The position numbers were made by a program, and so were the translations under genes. A stretch of 64,000 bases of DNA, taken from NCBI GenBank assembly GCA_963817385.1, contig CAWFOM010000010.1, forward strand, positions 379,676 through 443,675, read 5' to 3'. The notes beneath the pieces were generated by a model, which saw only the letters and a list, made by a program, of their open reading frames with translations, did not search any database and was not told where the DNA came from. Below are positions 31,633 to 42,527 of the stretch, piece by piece; positions within the stretch are counted from its first letter, which is position 1, and each line of letters starts with the position of its first letter. Source of the stretch: an uncultured delta proteobacterium (GTDB lineage: Bacteria; Desulfobacterota; Syntrophia; Syntrophales; UBA5619).

Positions 31633-33147
31633 ATGACGAACAGCGCGAAGATCATGGTTATCGATGACGAAGAGATCATGCGGGACGGCTGCACCCGTAT
31701 CCTTTCAAAACAGGGTTGGTCCGTCGTCGCTGCGGAAAACGGGGAGGCAGGTTTTGCCGAACTGCAAAAATCACCAAAAGATATTGACATTATTCTGCTG
31801 GACCTGATGATGCCCGGGATGAGCGGCATGGAGGTTCTGGAAAAAATACAGGTATTGGACGATATTCCTCTCGTTATCGTGGTTACCGGGTATGCGACGG
31901 TGGCGACGGCCGTGGAGGCTATGAAAATGGGGGCCTACGATTTCATCGCCAAACCCTTCACGCCCGATCAGCTGCGCATTGTCGTCAAAAGAGCCCATGA
32001 GCGAAGGACGCTGCAGAAGGAAGCCGAATTCTTGCGCAGTGAGCGTGAACGATCCCTGCGGGACGTGGCAACGGAAAAGTCCCGGGTGAAAACCATTATT
32101 AATTGCATGGGTGACGGTATCCTGGTGTGTGACCGGGACAACTGCATCGTCTTGACGAACCCTGCCGCCAGCCGGATGCTCAAGATCCCCGAATCGCATC
32201 TCCTGGGGAATTACGCATCGCGCGGCAACCTTCCCGCAGAACTGTCAAAAACCATAGAAGAAAGCCTCAAATCGGAAGGCAGCGCCTATACCTCCATATC
32301 GCAGGAACTGAGCATCGGTGAGACGCAGGAGCTCTTTCTCCGCGCACATACGGCTCCCGTCCGCAATGACCTAAACGAGATCATGGGGTCCGTAACCGTC
32401 TTGCAGGATATCAGTTATTTGAAAGAACTCGACAAGATGAAATCCGAATTCATCGCCATGGTAGCCCACGAGTTGCGCGCGCCGATCGCAACGGTGGAAC
32501 AGCAGTTGACGGTCATTCTCAGCAGCATGGCGGGGGATCTGAATGAAAAACAGCAGCAGCTTATCACTCGCGCCAAGGAGCGGACGCGGGGCGTTCTTAC
32601 GCTGATCAAGGACCTGCTCGATCTTTCTACCATCGAAGCGGGGAAAATGGTCCAGTACAAGGAGCCCTTAAGCCTCGCTGAAATAATCCCCCGCGTCGTC
32701 GATATGATGAATGCGGACGCCCAGCAGAAAAATATCCGCATCGAATTTTCCCCCGGGGTAGATGTGCCCACGATTCAGGGCGACCGGAACAGCATGGTAG
32801 GCATCTTCACCAATCTTATTTCCAATGCCATTAAATATACCCACGACGGGGGGAAAATAATGATCAGTCTCGACGACCACGACGGGTTTGTGAAGGTTTC
32901 CGTCGCCGACACGGGAATGGGCATTAAAAGCGAGGACCTACCGCGGATTTTTGATAAATTCTATCGGGTAAAATCGGCGGAAACCCGCCAGATCGTGGGG
33001 ACCGGTCTGGGGCTCTCCATTGTGAAAAGCATCGTCGACGCACACATGGGAACCATTTCCGTCGAAAGTACGGACGGCAAGGGGACGACCTTCTGCCTGC
33101 TGTTGCCGAAAGCAGTGACGATGACAGCGTGCGGGAACCCTCCGTAG
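31633..33147 (+). CDS. Hybrid REC-PAS-histidine kinase
   Basis: N-terminal receiver (LDLMMP), PAS, AHELRAP, NLISNAIKY, GTGLGL. Confidence 0.92.
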   Translation: MTNSAKIMVIDDEEIMRDGCTRILSKQGWSVVAAENGEAGFAELQKSPKDIDIILLDLMMPGMSGMEVLEKIQVLDDIPLVIVVTGYATVATAVEAMKMGAYDFIAKPFTPDQLRIVVKRAHERRTLQKEAEFLRSERERSLRDVATEKSRVKTIINCMGDGILVCDRDNCIVLTNPAASRMLKIPESHLLGNYASRGNLPAELSKTIEESLKSEGSAYTSISQELSIGETQELFLRAHTAPVRNDLNEIMGSVTVLQDISYLKELDKMKSEFIAMVAHELRAPIATVEQQLTVILSSMAGDLNEKQQQLITRAKERTRGVLTLIKDLLDLSTIEAGKMVQYKEPLSLAEIIPRVVDMMNADAQQKNIRIEFSPGVDVPTIQGDRNSMVGIFTNLISNAIKYTHDGGKIMISLDDHDGFVKVSVADTGMGIKSEDLPRIFDKFYRVKSAETRQIVGTGLGLSIVKSIVDAHMGTISVESTDGKGTTFCLLLPKAVTMTACGNPP

Positions 33148-33222
33148 CGTTGCTGTTCTTCCTTCCTCCCCGCGCCATCGCCTCGACTACGCAGGTAGTC
33201 TGCACATCCCCTGATACAGGCC

Positions 33223-33260
33223 ATGGTTGTCATTCCCGTTTTCACGGGAATGACAACCAT
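33223..33260. terminator. Perfect 17-bp-stem hairpin between convergent genes (bidirectional terminator or REP-like element)
   Basis: ATGGTTGTCATTCCCGT-TTTC-ACGGGAATGACAACCAT. Confidence 0.7.
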
Positions 33261-33280
33261 AAAAAATTCGTTCTTGTCTA

Positions 33281-34165
33281 TTAGGTTCCTGCCGCGAGTT
33301 TGGCCGCCTTTACGGTGTTCAACATCAGCATCGTGATCGTCATCGGTCCCACGCCGCCGGGCACCGGCGTAATCATGGAGGCCTTCTCCTTCACCGCCTC
33401 GAAATCGACGTCGCCGCAGAGCCGGGCCTTGCCTTCCGGCGTCATCCCGATCCGGTTGACCCCCACATCGATCACCACCGCCCCCTCCTTGACCATGTCC
33501 GCCGTGATGGCATTGGGCTTCCCGGCGGCCACAATGAGGATGTCGGCCCGGCGGGTATGAAACGCGATGTCCTTCGTCCCCGTGTGGCAGATCGTCACCG
33601 TTGCATTCGCCCCCTTTTGTTTCTGAAGCAAAATGTTCGTGATCGGCTTCCCGACGATGTTCGACCTGCCGACGACGACGACCTCCGCCCCGTCGGTCTT
33701 TACCCCGGAACGGATCAGGAGCTGCTGGATCCCCGCCGGCGTGCAGGGGAGGTAATCCGCCTCGCCGATCATCATCTTCCCCACATTCACCGGATGGAAG
33801 CCGTCGACATCCTTCTTCGGATCGATGGCGTACAGGACTTTTGTCTCGTTGATATGCTTGGGGAGGGGAAGCTGGACGAGAATCCCGTGGATTTTGGGGT
33901 CCCGGTTGTACTTGTCGATCAAGGCCAGAAGATCGGCCTCCGTGATTGTCTCCGACTGGTTCTCCTGGACGGAATAGAATCCGAGCTCCTTGGAGGCCTT
34001 CTGCTTGGCGGTCACATAACTCATCGACGCCGGATTCTGCCCGACCAGGATGGTCACCAGTCCGGGGGCCACATTGCATTTCTCCTTCAGCCGGGCCGTT
34101 TCCGCCTTCAACTCCTCCCGGATCTGCCGGGCAATCTCGCTACCGCTGATCAATTTTGCCGTCAT
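33281..34165 (-). CDS. folD: Methylene-THF dehydrogenase/cyclohydrolase
   Basis: YVTAK, ILVQLPLP, KDVDGFHP, GRSNIVGKP, TPVPGGVGPMT. Confidence 0.96.
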   Translation of the reverse strand: MTAKLISGSEIARQIREELKAETARLKEKCNVAPGLVTILVGQNPASMSYVTAKQKASKELGFYSVQENQSETITEADLLALIDKYNRDPKIHGILVQLPLPKHINETKVLYAIDPKKDVDGFHPVNVGKMMIGEADYLPCTPAGIQQLLIRSGVKTDGAEVVVVGRSNIVGKPITNILLQKQKGANATVTICHTGTKDIAFHTRRADILIVAAGKPNAITADMVKEGAVVIDVGVNRIGMTPEGKARLCGDVDFEAVKEKASMITPVPGGVGPMTITMLMLNTVKAAKLAAGT

Positions 34166-34179
34166 AATTTCCCTCCTCG

Positions 34180-35967
34180 TTAAAATAGTCCCTTCACCTT
34201 GCCGGTTTTCACATCGACATCGACCCTCCGGTAGGCAGGGTCGGAGCCTGTCCCCGGCATCAGGCTAATGGCTCCCGTCACCGGGCAGAGGAATTTCGCA
34301 CCGGCAAAGACCAAGACATCGCGAACCGGCAGGATCCAACCTTTGGGGACCCCCTTACGAGTTGGATCAGCCGTCAGGCTGAGGTGGGTCTTTACCATCA
34401 TCGTATTGAAATCCTTCATTGCAGGATCAGCCTCAAACCGTTTGGCTTTGGCTTCGGCCTCAGGGGTCCAGGAGACGCCGTCGGCTCCGTACACCTCTTT
34501 TGCGACGAGCTCAACCCTTTGTCTGAGCGGCAACTCCAGCGGGTAGAGGAATTTGAGTTTGACTTTTTCTTTGCAGGCGTCCATGACGACATCGGCAAGC
34601 TCAAGGGCGCCATCCCCGCCTTTGAGCCAGTGCTCGGAAAGAGCAACACGGGCACCCGCCTGCTCAGCATACTTTCGGACCATGGCGATCTCTTTCTTCG
34701 TGTCGGTGTGGAACGCATTAATACAGACCACCGGGTTGATTCCGGATTTCCTGATCACCCCGATGAGGTGGGTCATGTTGCAGAGCCCTTTCTCAAGAAG
34801 AGCCAGGTTTTCCTTTGTGTATTCTTCAGGCAACGGCCGTCCGGGAACCACCTTCGGTCCCCCTCCGTGCATCTTCGATGCCCTGATCGTTGTCGTCAGA
34901 ATGGAGACATTGGGAGTAAGACCGCTCAACCGACTTTTTACGTTCCAGAACTTCTCAAAGCCAATGTCCGCGGCAAAGCCGCTCTCGGTGACATGGTAAT
35001 CGAACATCTTCAATCCGACCCGATCGCCGATAATGGATGACTGTCCCACGGCGATGTTGGCAAAAGGACCGGCATGGACCAAACAGGGCTGATATTCGGT
35101 GGAGGACATCAGTGTGGGGTTGATGGTATTTCTCATCCATGCACACATGGCGCCTGCCACTTCGAGGTCAGAAGTCGTGACCGGCTTACCGTTCTTATCA
35201 TAGGCGACGACAATGTTGCCCAGCCTTTCCCGAAGGTCTTTGAGGTCCCGGACAATGGAAAGAATGGCCATGAGTTCGGAGCTTACCGCAATGCCGAATT
35301 TGGATTGCATCGTAAAGCCATCCATCTTGCCCCCAAGGCCGATAACAATGTTTCGTAGAGACTGGGCACAAAAATCCATAATCCAGCCCATTTCAACATT
35401 CGTTGGATCAATGTCGAGCCGTTTGAGATTCCGTTTAGCCAGCTCCGCATCGTCATAGTTCCGTTCGTGCTGCATCCGGGACGTTAACGCGACCATGGCC
35501 AGGTTATGGGCATTGACAATGTCGTTAATATCCCCGGTGAGACCAAGAGAGAATTCAGTCATGGGTATGAGAAGGGATTTGCCTCCTCCGGCAGCCGTTC
35601 CTTTCACATTCATGGTGGGACCGCCCGAAGGCTGACGGAGACAACCACCGACATTTTTCCCTCTTTTGCCGAGCCCCTCAATCAAACCCATACTCGTCGT
35701 CGACTTTCCTTCTCCGAGGGGGGTTGGGGTGATCGCCGTAACCTCAATATACTTCCCGTCCGGCCTATTCTTCAGACGCTCCATAATCTTGATGAAATCG
35801 AGTTTGCATAATTTCCCCATAGGGATAATTTCATCCGGTTTAAGGCCGAGCTTATCCCGCCACTGGTCGACGGTGGGCATATTCTCTTCCGCTATATCCG
35901 CAATCTGCCAATCTGCTAGTTTTCTTGGATCCGCCTTAATATACTTCTTCGAGATACTGAAACTCAT
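34180..35967 (-). CDS. fhs: Formate-tetrahydrofolate ligase
   Basis: [34 protein letters not shown]. Confidence 0.96.
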   Translation of the reverse strand: MSFSISKKYIKADPRKLADWQIADIAEENMPTVDQWRDKLGLKPDEIIPMGKLCKLDFIKIMERLKNRPDGKYIEVTAITPTPLGEGKSTTSMGLIEGLGKRGKNVGGCLRQPSGGPTMNVKGTAAGGGKSLLIPMTEFSLGLTGDINDIVNAHNLAMVALTSRMQHERNYDDAELAKRNLKRLDIDPTNVEMGWIMDFCAQSLRNIVIGLGGKMDGFTMQSKFGIAVSSELMAILSIVRDLKDLRERLGNIVVAYDKNGKPVTTSDLEVAGAMCAWMRNTINPTLMSSTEYQPCLVHAGPFANIAVGQSSIIGDRVGLKMFDYHVTESGFAADIGFEKFWNVKSRLSGLTPNVSILTTTIRASKMHGGGPKVVPGRPLPEEYTKENLALLEKGLCNMTHLIGVIRKSGINPVVCINAFHTDTKKEIAMVRKYAEQAGARVALSEHWLKGGDGALELADVVMDACKEKVKLKFLYPLELPLRQRVELVAKEVYGADGVSWTPEAEAKAKRFEADPAMKDFNTMMVKTHLSLTADPTRKGVPKGWILPVRDVLVFAGAKFLCPVTGAISLMPGTGSDPAYRRVDVDVKTGKVKGLF

Positions 35968-36111
35968 GTGTATTACCCCCCTTTCAGTTCAAAATTGTTT
36001 AGAAAACTTTTCCTCAACACATAACGGCGTTGACTATCACTGCTGTCGGTTTTCTGTCAAGAAATAACGAAAGCCATTCCGGCGGGGATCGCCGTCATAT
36101 CATACGGCCCG

Positions 36112-37403
36112 TCATTGTGAACCGTCCAACGCCTTTTGCAGGAGCTGGACCGGATGCAGCACCGCGATCGCGGGATCGAGGTGGTTGGAAATCGTCAGGT
36201 TGCATCCCGGACAGCAGGTCGCAAGAACCTGCGCCCCGGTCTCCCGGATATTGTCCACTTTGCGTTTCGTAATTTTTCGTGACGTCTCGGCATGCTCCAC
36301 CTGGAAGGACCCGCCTCCGCCGCAGCAATCATTGGCGCCCGGGAGTTCCACATATTCGACGCCCGGGATGGATTTCAGGACATTCCGGGGCTGGGAGCTG
36401 ATCTTCTGTCCCTTTACCAGATGGCAAGGGTCGTGATAGGTGACGCGGAGCTTCCGGCCGTCGGTCTTCATCTTCGGCAGCCAGTCCTTATGTTCGTCGA
36501 TAAAGACGGTAACATCCTTGAGCTTACCGGCCAGCAGTTCAGCCGCCCGGATCTCCTCATCCTTCACCTCCTCCCCGAGCTGGCGCAGATCGCGGAGCAG
36601 ATGGGCGTATTCGTTCTTGAGCGCCGCGCCGCAGGTGGCGCAGTCGACGACGACCGCCTCTACGTCCTCGCGGGCAAAGATCTTCAGGGTGTCCCGGATG
36701 CACCGGATCGAGGTTTCCCGGTCTCCCGACATGAAAATGGGAAGACCGCAGCAGCTCTGGTCCTTGGGGATGATCACCTCCACGCCCATCTTCACGAGGA
36801 CATCCACAACGGCCCGGCCGATTGCGCCGTACAGGTAGTTCGTAGCGCAACCGTGAAAATAGAGGACCTTCGCTTTCGCCTTTCCCACGGGTTTGACGAC
36901 ATCGGGAACCGTTGCCGAAAAGGGCTGGTCGTTCATGGGCGGAATCCGCTCCACGTCAAGCGCGCCGGCGTTGAGTTTCGATTCGATCCAAGGTCCGCCG
37001 AACATCTTGCGGGCCCATTTGCCGAACCAGGCCGACGTCGACATCTTCCATTTACTGGCCAGGAGCTGGAACATCATCTTCTTCTTCCAGTCGATGCCGT
37101 AGCGCTGCAACAGCCCGCCAGCGCACACCGGAGAAGAGATGATCGCCATGGACACCGCTGGGACAATTGGCTACGCAGGATCCGCAGAGGAGACAGGTAG
37201 AGAAGAAAGCCTCCTTCACCTCCTCGGACAGCTCCAGACTTGCCTTCGGAAAGGTAGCGGGAGAGCTGTACCTTGCCCCGCGGCGTCGCTTCTTCCAAGA
37301 GCACTTCCTTATAGACCGGGCAATGGGCGATGCACAAACCGCATTTGATGCAGTGATAGATATTCTCTCGCGTATCTTCCCCGAACAATTCTTTCTTTTC
37401 CAT
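36112..37403 (-). CDS. glcF: GlcF-like Fe-S/CCG protein (frameshifted)
   Basis: CIKCGLCIAHCP, FHGC, SCCG, CATCG, YHDPCHL, DCCG, CPGC. Confidence 0.75.
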
Positions 37404-37468
37404 AATTCATTGACCTCTTCAAAAGCCTCATCAGGCCCTTTCCATCGGGTCCTCCAGCGGCAGCAAGA

Positions 37469-38804
37469 TCAGATACCCCCGACAAATCGCCCCGGATTCA
37501 GAACCCCGACCGGGTCCATCTCTTCCTTCAGGCGCCGCATCACCCCGTAATCGCTCCGCGGCTTCCCCCAGACGCTGACCTTTTCCTTCAGGTCGCGCGG
37601 AGCAGGCCTCCACGATGAGATTGCCGCCGTGTGTCTCCGCTTCGGCGGTGAATTTGCCGATCAGATCGACGACCGAATTCCGCTTCTCAACACCGCTCTC
37701 CTGGATATAGCAGGTGAGGATCCCGTTTCCGGCATGGCCGATAAAGGCGCACCCGACCCCCGCCGCCCGCGCCCACTGTTCATAATTCCCCAGGATCTCC
37801 GCCTGCTTTGAGATGACGAAGTTGGACCGGAGAATCACCGAAGCCCCCGAGGTGAGGGCCATATCCCGAACCCGGCGCCAGAAGGCGCCATCATCCGCCC
37901 CTTTGAGGACCGTTTCCACTCCGGCCCCTTCCCGCTTCGCCATCTCCCCGATTTCCGCAACCTGCCTCTCCACGGCCTCCGCGACCCCCTCCAGGCTGAA
38001 GGCAACCAGATATCTCGCCTTTTGGCCGAGCTTGCCCGCGGCGTTTGCATCCATCATCTCCATGGCCGAGGGAAGGAGGACCGAATGGAGAACCTTCTTC
38101 GTCAGTGATCCGGCCTTCGCCAGGTCGTCGAACGAGACCAGGAGCGTTGCCGAGGCCTCCGGCAACGGGAGGAGTTTCGTGGTGATTTCGGTAATAACCC
38201 CCAGGGCACCCCAGGATCCGATCATGAGCTTCGTCATGTCGTACCCGGAGACGTTCTTTACGGTCTTCCCGCCGAAGGCGACAACGTCGCCGTTGGGCAT
38301 AACCGCTTTAAGGCCCAGAAGCAGATCCCGGGCGGAGTTGTAGAGATACCTTCGGGGCCCGTTGCCGTTCGTGGCGATGATGCCGCCGATGGTGGCTTTA
38401 TCCACATACGGCGGATCGAGGGGGAGGAATGATCCCTTGCCCGTACCGGCCAGTTTTTGCTGCACCGCCTCCAGGGTAATCCCCGCTTCCACGGAAAGGC
38501 TCAGGTTGGGAATGTCGTGCTCGGTAATCCGGTTGATCCTCAACATCGACAGCACGAGATCGAGCTTTCGCGGTATCCCTCCCGTCGACATCTTGGTGCC
38601 GTTCCCGCGCGGCACGACTGCCAGTTTTTCCGCGCTGGCGTAGGCCAACAACTTCGAGACTTCTTCCACACTTCCGGGGCTCACGACCGCTCGGGGCGTC
38701 AAACCGTCCACGGCATCGGCGCCGAGCTGATCCGGATCCTGTATGACATTGGCATCCCCGACTATCTGTTTCAGGACGGAAGCCAATTCGTTTGTATTGG
38801 ACAT
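37469..38804 (-). CDS. glcE: GlcE-like FAD-binding subunit (indel near 3' end)
   Basis: GGKTVKNVSGYDMTKLMIGSWGALG, HAGNG; the true C-terminus DPVGVLNPGRFVGGI* lies in a shifted frame. Confidence 0.75.
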
Positions 38805-38825
38805 GCTCGGTCTCCTTTCCTCGTG

Positions 38826-40217
38826 TTAAGCGGCTTTGTTCCTTTGCCGGCAGCAACTTGCCCGGATTGAACAGGTTCATCGGATCGAAGGCCGCTTTTA
38901 CCTTCCTCATGGCGTCGATGTCCCTGGGGCTGAAAATGAAGGACATCCCGTGCAGCTTTTCCAGGCCGATGCCGTGCTCGCCGCTGATCGTCCCCCCCAT
39001 ATCCGCGCATACCTTCATGATCTCCGTCGCCGCGGCATGGACCCTCTCCAACTCGTCTTTATCCCGTTCATCAAAAAGAATCAGCGGATGCAGATTGCCG
39101 TCTCCGGCGTGAAATACGTTGGCGATGGGGAGGTTATATTTCTTGCCGATTTCCACCACTTTGGCGAGCGTCTCCGGCAGACGGGTGCGAGGTACGGTGC
39201 CATCGTTGACGAGATAGTTGGGACGCAGGCGGCCCACGGCGCCGAAGGCGCCCTTCCTGCCGGCCCAGATGTTGTCGCGTTCCGCCTGGTCCTTGGCAAC
39301 CCGGATTTCCCGCACATTGTTCTGCCTGCAGATAGCGAGGATGCGTTCCGTGAGCCGCTCCATACCGTCTTTCAGGCCGTCGAGCTCGATGATCAGGATC
39401 GCCGCCGCATCGGTGGGAAAGCCCACGTGATAGGCCTCTTCGACTGCCTTAATCGTCAGGTTGTCCATCATCTCGAGGGTAGCGGGAATGATCCCTTCCC
39501 CGATGATGGCGGTCACTGTATTGCCTCCCTCTTCAATGGAGTTGTAGATGCAGAGCATCGTCTTGACCGCCTCCGCCTTCGGCATAATCCGGAGGACCGC
39601 CTGGGTGACGATGCCCAGCGTTCCCTCGGAAGCCCCCAGGACCCCCAGGAGGTCGAAACCGGGATTGTCCAGGGCCTTCCCGCCCATCGGACGACCTGAC
39701 CGTCGGAGAGGACGACCTCCGCCCCCAGGACATGGTTGCTGGTCACCCCGTATTTCAGGCAGTGGGGTCCCCCGGCATTCTCGCCGAAATTCCCCCCGAT
39801 CGTCGTCACCTTTTCGCTCGCCGGATCGGGCTGGTAGAGATACCCGTGTTTGGCCAATACATTCTTCAAATCCAGCGTTATGACGCCCGGCTGGACCGCG
39901 ACACGGAGGTTCTCGAAATCCATGTCGAGGATCTGATTCATCTTCGTCAGGACGACGGCGATGCCGCCCTGAACGGTCACACTCCCCCCGCTCAGGTTCG
40001 TACCCGACCCCCGGGCGATGACGGGAATCTTGTTTTCATGGGTGAATTTGACCACCTTCGATACCTGCTCAGTGGAAGTGGGAAGAACGATACAGTCAGG
40101 CTTCGAACGGATGAGAGACGCATCGTATTCGTAGAGTTTGAAGTGCATTGCGGAACTCAGAACATTCTCCCTGCCGACCAACCGGACCAGCTCTCCGATC
40201 ATGGTATCCTTATCCAT
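38826..40217 (-). CDS. glcD: GlcD-like FAD-binding oxidoreductase (frameshifted)
   Basis: RGSGTNLSGG, PDPAS, NAGGPHCLKYGVT, FHAGDGNLHP, GEHGIG. Confidence 0.82.
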
Positions 40218-40275
40218 TATGCACTCCTTCACCGACTCCTGCCGTTCGGTATCCGACACGAACCGTCCGGCGCTG

Positions 40276-40319
40276 AAAAAAAAAGCGAAGCACCACCGAA
40301 AAACGGTGATTGCTTCGCT
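40276..40319 (-). terminator. Rho-independent terminator between the lyase gene and glcD
   Basis: AGCGAAGCAATCACCG...CGGTGGTGCTTCGCT followed by a T run on the minus strand. Confidence 0.7.
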
Positions 40320-40375
40320 CGTAGTTATCTCATTCGTTTTTTATCCGTCTCATGAGCCTACTTTGCAAGCGGCAA

Positions 40376-41269
40376 CTACTTCTTCCGCATGGCTTCCATG
40401 TCGCTGATTTCCTTCATCGTCGCCAGGATCTGCCGCGCATTTTCATAGACCGGCGTATCGACCATCTTCCCCTTGAAGGAAACGGCGGCGGCGCCCTTGG
40501 CGATCCCCTCTTCCTCGAAGATCTTCACGACGCCGGTCGCCCACTCGATATCATCGGCGGACGGCATGTAGAGCCGGTGGGAAGGCTCGATCTGGCTCGG
40601 ATGGATCAGCATCCTGCCCTCATACCCCATCTGCCTGCCCTGCAGAACGCTCGCCTCGAAGGCCTCGACATTCTTAAAGTCGACGAACGGGCAGTCGATG
40701 GCGACGCAACCGGCGGCGCGGGCGGCGACGGCGGTATAATAGCGGCCGTAGAGCTGCTCGCTGCCTTCGGAGGTCAGCTTCACCCGCATATCCTTCGTAT
40801 AGTCGACGGCGCCGAAGATCAGGGAGTTGACGCGCTTGCTGGCCGTTGCGGCGGGATAGGCGTTGATCATCCCCTTGGCGGTCTCGATGAGAAGCTGGAT
40901 GGCGATGCTGCCCACCTTGAGGCCCCTCCTGCGTTCCAGCTCTTCGAGTTTCCAGTCGAGCCGCTTCACGTTGTCCGCCTCGCCGGTCTTGGCCAGGCAG
41001 ACGCCGGAGAGACCTTCATGGACGATCGCCTCGAGGTCGTCGTTGGTCATCAGGGTTTCCCAGTTGTTGATCCGGGAATAGACCTTCGATCCGCCGCTGC
41101 CGGCGTGTTTCAGGTTTTCCCGGACGCACTCGCGGGCCTTCACTTTTTCCGCGGGAGGAACGGAGTCCTCCAAATCCAGGGTGATGATGTCCGCGGGAAA
41201 TTCCGGCGCCTTCGCGACCATCTTCTCGTTGTTGCCGGGAACATAAAATACCGATCTCATGACTGCCAT
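40376..41269 (-). CDS. CitE/malyl-CoA lyase family CoA-ester lyase
   Basis: RSVFYVPG, LDLEDSV, RIN, IETAKG, FGAVDY, IHPSQI, GKMVD. Confidence 0.88.
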   Translation of the reverse strand: MAVMRSVFYVPGNNEKMVAKAPEFPADIITLDLEDSVPPAEKVKARECVRENLKHAGSGGSKVYSRINNWETLMTNDDLEAIVHEGLSGVCLAKTGEADNVKRLDWKLEELERRRGLKVGSIAIQLLIETAKGMINAYPAATASKRVNSLIFGAVDYTKDMRVKLTSEGSEQLYGRYYTAVAARAAGCVAIDCPFVDFKNVEAFEASVLQGRQMGYEGRMLIHPSQIEPSHRLYMPSADDIEWATGVVKIFEEEGIAKGAAAVSFKGKMVDTPVYENARQILATMKEISDMEAMRKK

Positions 41270-41298
41270 ACTCGTTTCTCCTTTCTTGATGTCGAGGG

Positions 41299-42213
41299 TT
41301 ATTTTACCCTTAGTTTCCCCTGCTGTTTGAGCTCCTTCAGCCTTCCCGGGATCTCGTTGGGGTTATCCACCACGATGATGCCCGCTTCCCGGAGCCGGGT
41401 GATCTTGTCCTGGGTGGAGCCGCTGCCGCGTTCGACGATCGCACTGGCATGGGAGAACTTCATCCCCGCGGGCGCCCAGGCGCCGGACACGTAGATGATG
41501 ATCGGCTTGGTGAACTTTCCGGACTTCACCAGCTGCGCCGCCTCTTCCTCGTGGGAACCGCCCATCTCGCCGAAGATCGCCATGACATCCGTATCGGGGT
41601 CCTCCTGGAACAGGGGCAGAACGTCGGAGAAGGACATGCCCGTCACCGGCTCCGTTCCGACGTGAAGAACGGTACTGATCCCGAATCCCGCCTGGCTGAT
41701 CACGAAGGGAAGCGTCCCCGACTGCCCGCCGCTGCGGGAGATGACGCCGACATGGCCCGGTACGAAATGCTTGTTGGCGAATTCGACCGAACCGCCCAGC
41801 CAGCCGAGGGCGCCGATCCCCGGGGTGTTCACGCCGATGGAGCCGGGTCCCAGGAGCATGGCTCCCTTCTGCTTCCCGTAGGCAACCATCTCCAGGATGT
41901 CGTAAAGCGGAACGCGTTCGACCGGCATGACGATCCACTTGATGTCGGCATCCAGCGCTTCGAAGACTGCATCCTTCAGGCCTGTCCCGGGGATGAAGGT
42001 CACGGAGACATCGAAAAGCCCGTGGTTTTTCACCGCATCCTTGACCGTATTGTACACGGGGATCCCATCCACTTCTTCACCGCCGCGGCCCGGCGTCACG
42101 CCGGCGACGACGTTCGTTCCCGAGCGCCGCATGAACTTGGCCCGCATGGATCCCTCCCGACCCGTAATCCCCTGAACCACCACCTTTGTTGTTTTTGTCA
42201 GCAAGATAGCCAT
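41299..42213 (-). CDS. Succinate/malate-CoA ligase-like alpha subunit
   Basis: VQGITGREG, GVTPG, ISRSG, GEMGG and phospho-His motif FSHASA. Confidence 0.85.
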   Translation of the reverse strand: MAILLTKTTKVVVQGITGREGSMRAKFMRRSGTNVVAGVTPGRGGEEVDGIPVYNTVKDAVKNHGLFDVSVTFIPGTGLKDAVFEALDADIKWIVMPVERVPLYDILEMVAYGKQKGAMLLGPGSIGVNTPGIGALGWLGGSVEFANKHFVPGHVGVISRSGGQSGTLPFVISQAGFGISTVLHVGTEPVTGMSFSDVLPLFQEDPDTDVMAIFGEMGGSHEEEAAQLVKSGKFTKPIIIYVSGAWAPAGMKFSHASAIVERGSGSTQDKITRLREAGIIVVDNPNEIPGRLKELKQQGKLRVK

Positions 42214-42233
42214 ATTTTCACCACCTTCTTTGG

Positions 42234-42515
42234 TTAGGATATTCCGTGCTTCTTCCGGTACTCGTCCAGCCCGGGGATGGGCGCCTCGATCGTGATGGCC
42301 TTGTTCCCTCTAAACCAGCATTCATATTCGCACGCCAGACACTCCGTCCCGAGACGCTTGGGATCCCCCTCGACGACCGGGTATACGCCGTCCTTCAGGA
42401 CCAGCATCCCCCGGGCGTAGGTCTTGCAGGCCGCGATACAGGCCTTGGACTTGCACGTTTTACATTTGCCTTCATCGATGACAACCTTGATTGTCTGTTC
42501 CTGAAACTCCTGCAT
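42234..42515 (-). CDS. Small ferredoxin-like Fe-S protein
   Basis: CKTCKSKACIAAC and ECLACEYEC; GGAGG ribosome-binding site; sits between the ligase subunits. Confidence 0.75.
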   Translation of the reverse strand: MQEFQEQTIKVVIDEGKCKTCKSKACIAACKTYARGMLVLKDGVYPVVEGDPKRLGTECLACEYECWFRGNKAITIEAPIPGLDEYRKKHGIS

Positions 42516-42527
42516 GGGCGGCCTCCT

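Noticed and set aside
35968..36111. THF or ZMP riboswitch upstream of fhs
   Set aside because: I could not recognise the conserved aptamer motifs; an Rfam scan would be needed to exclude it fully.
38398..39687. Apparent long glcD extension overlapping glcE
   Set aside because: One extra base just before the likely stop at 38826-38828 explains the read-through.
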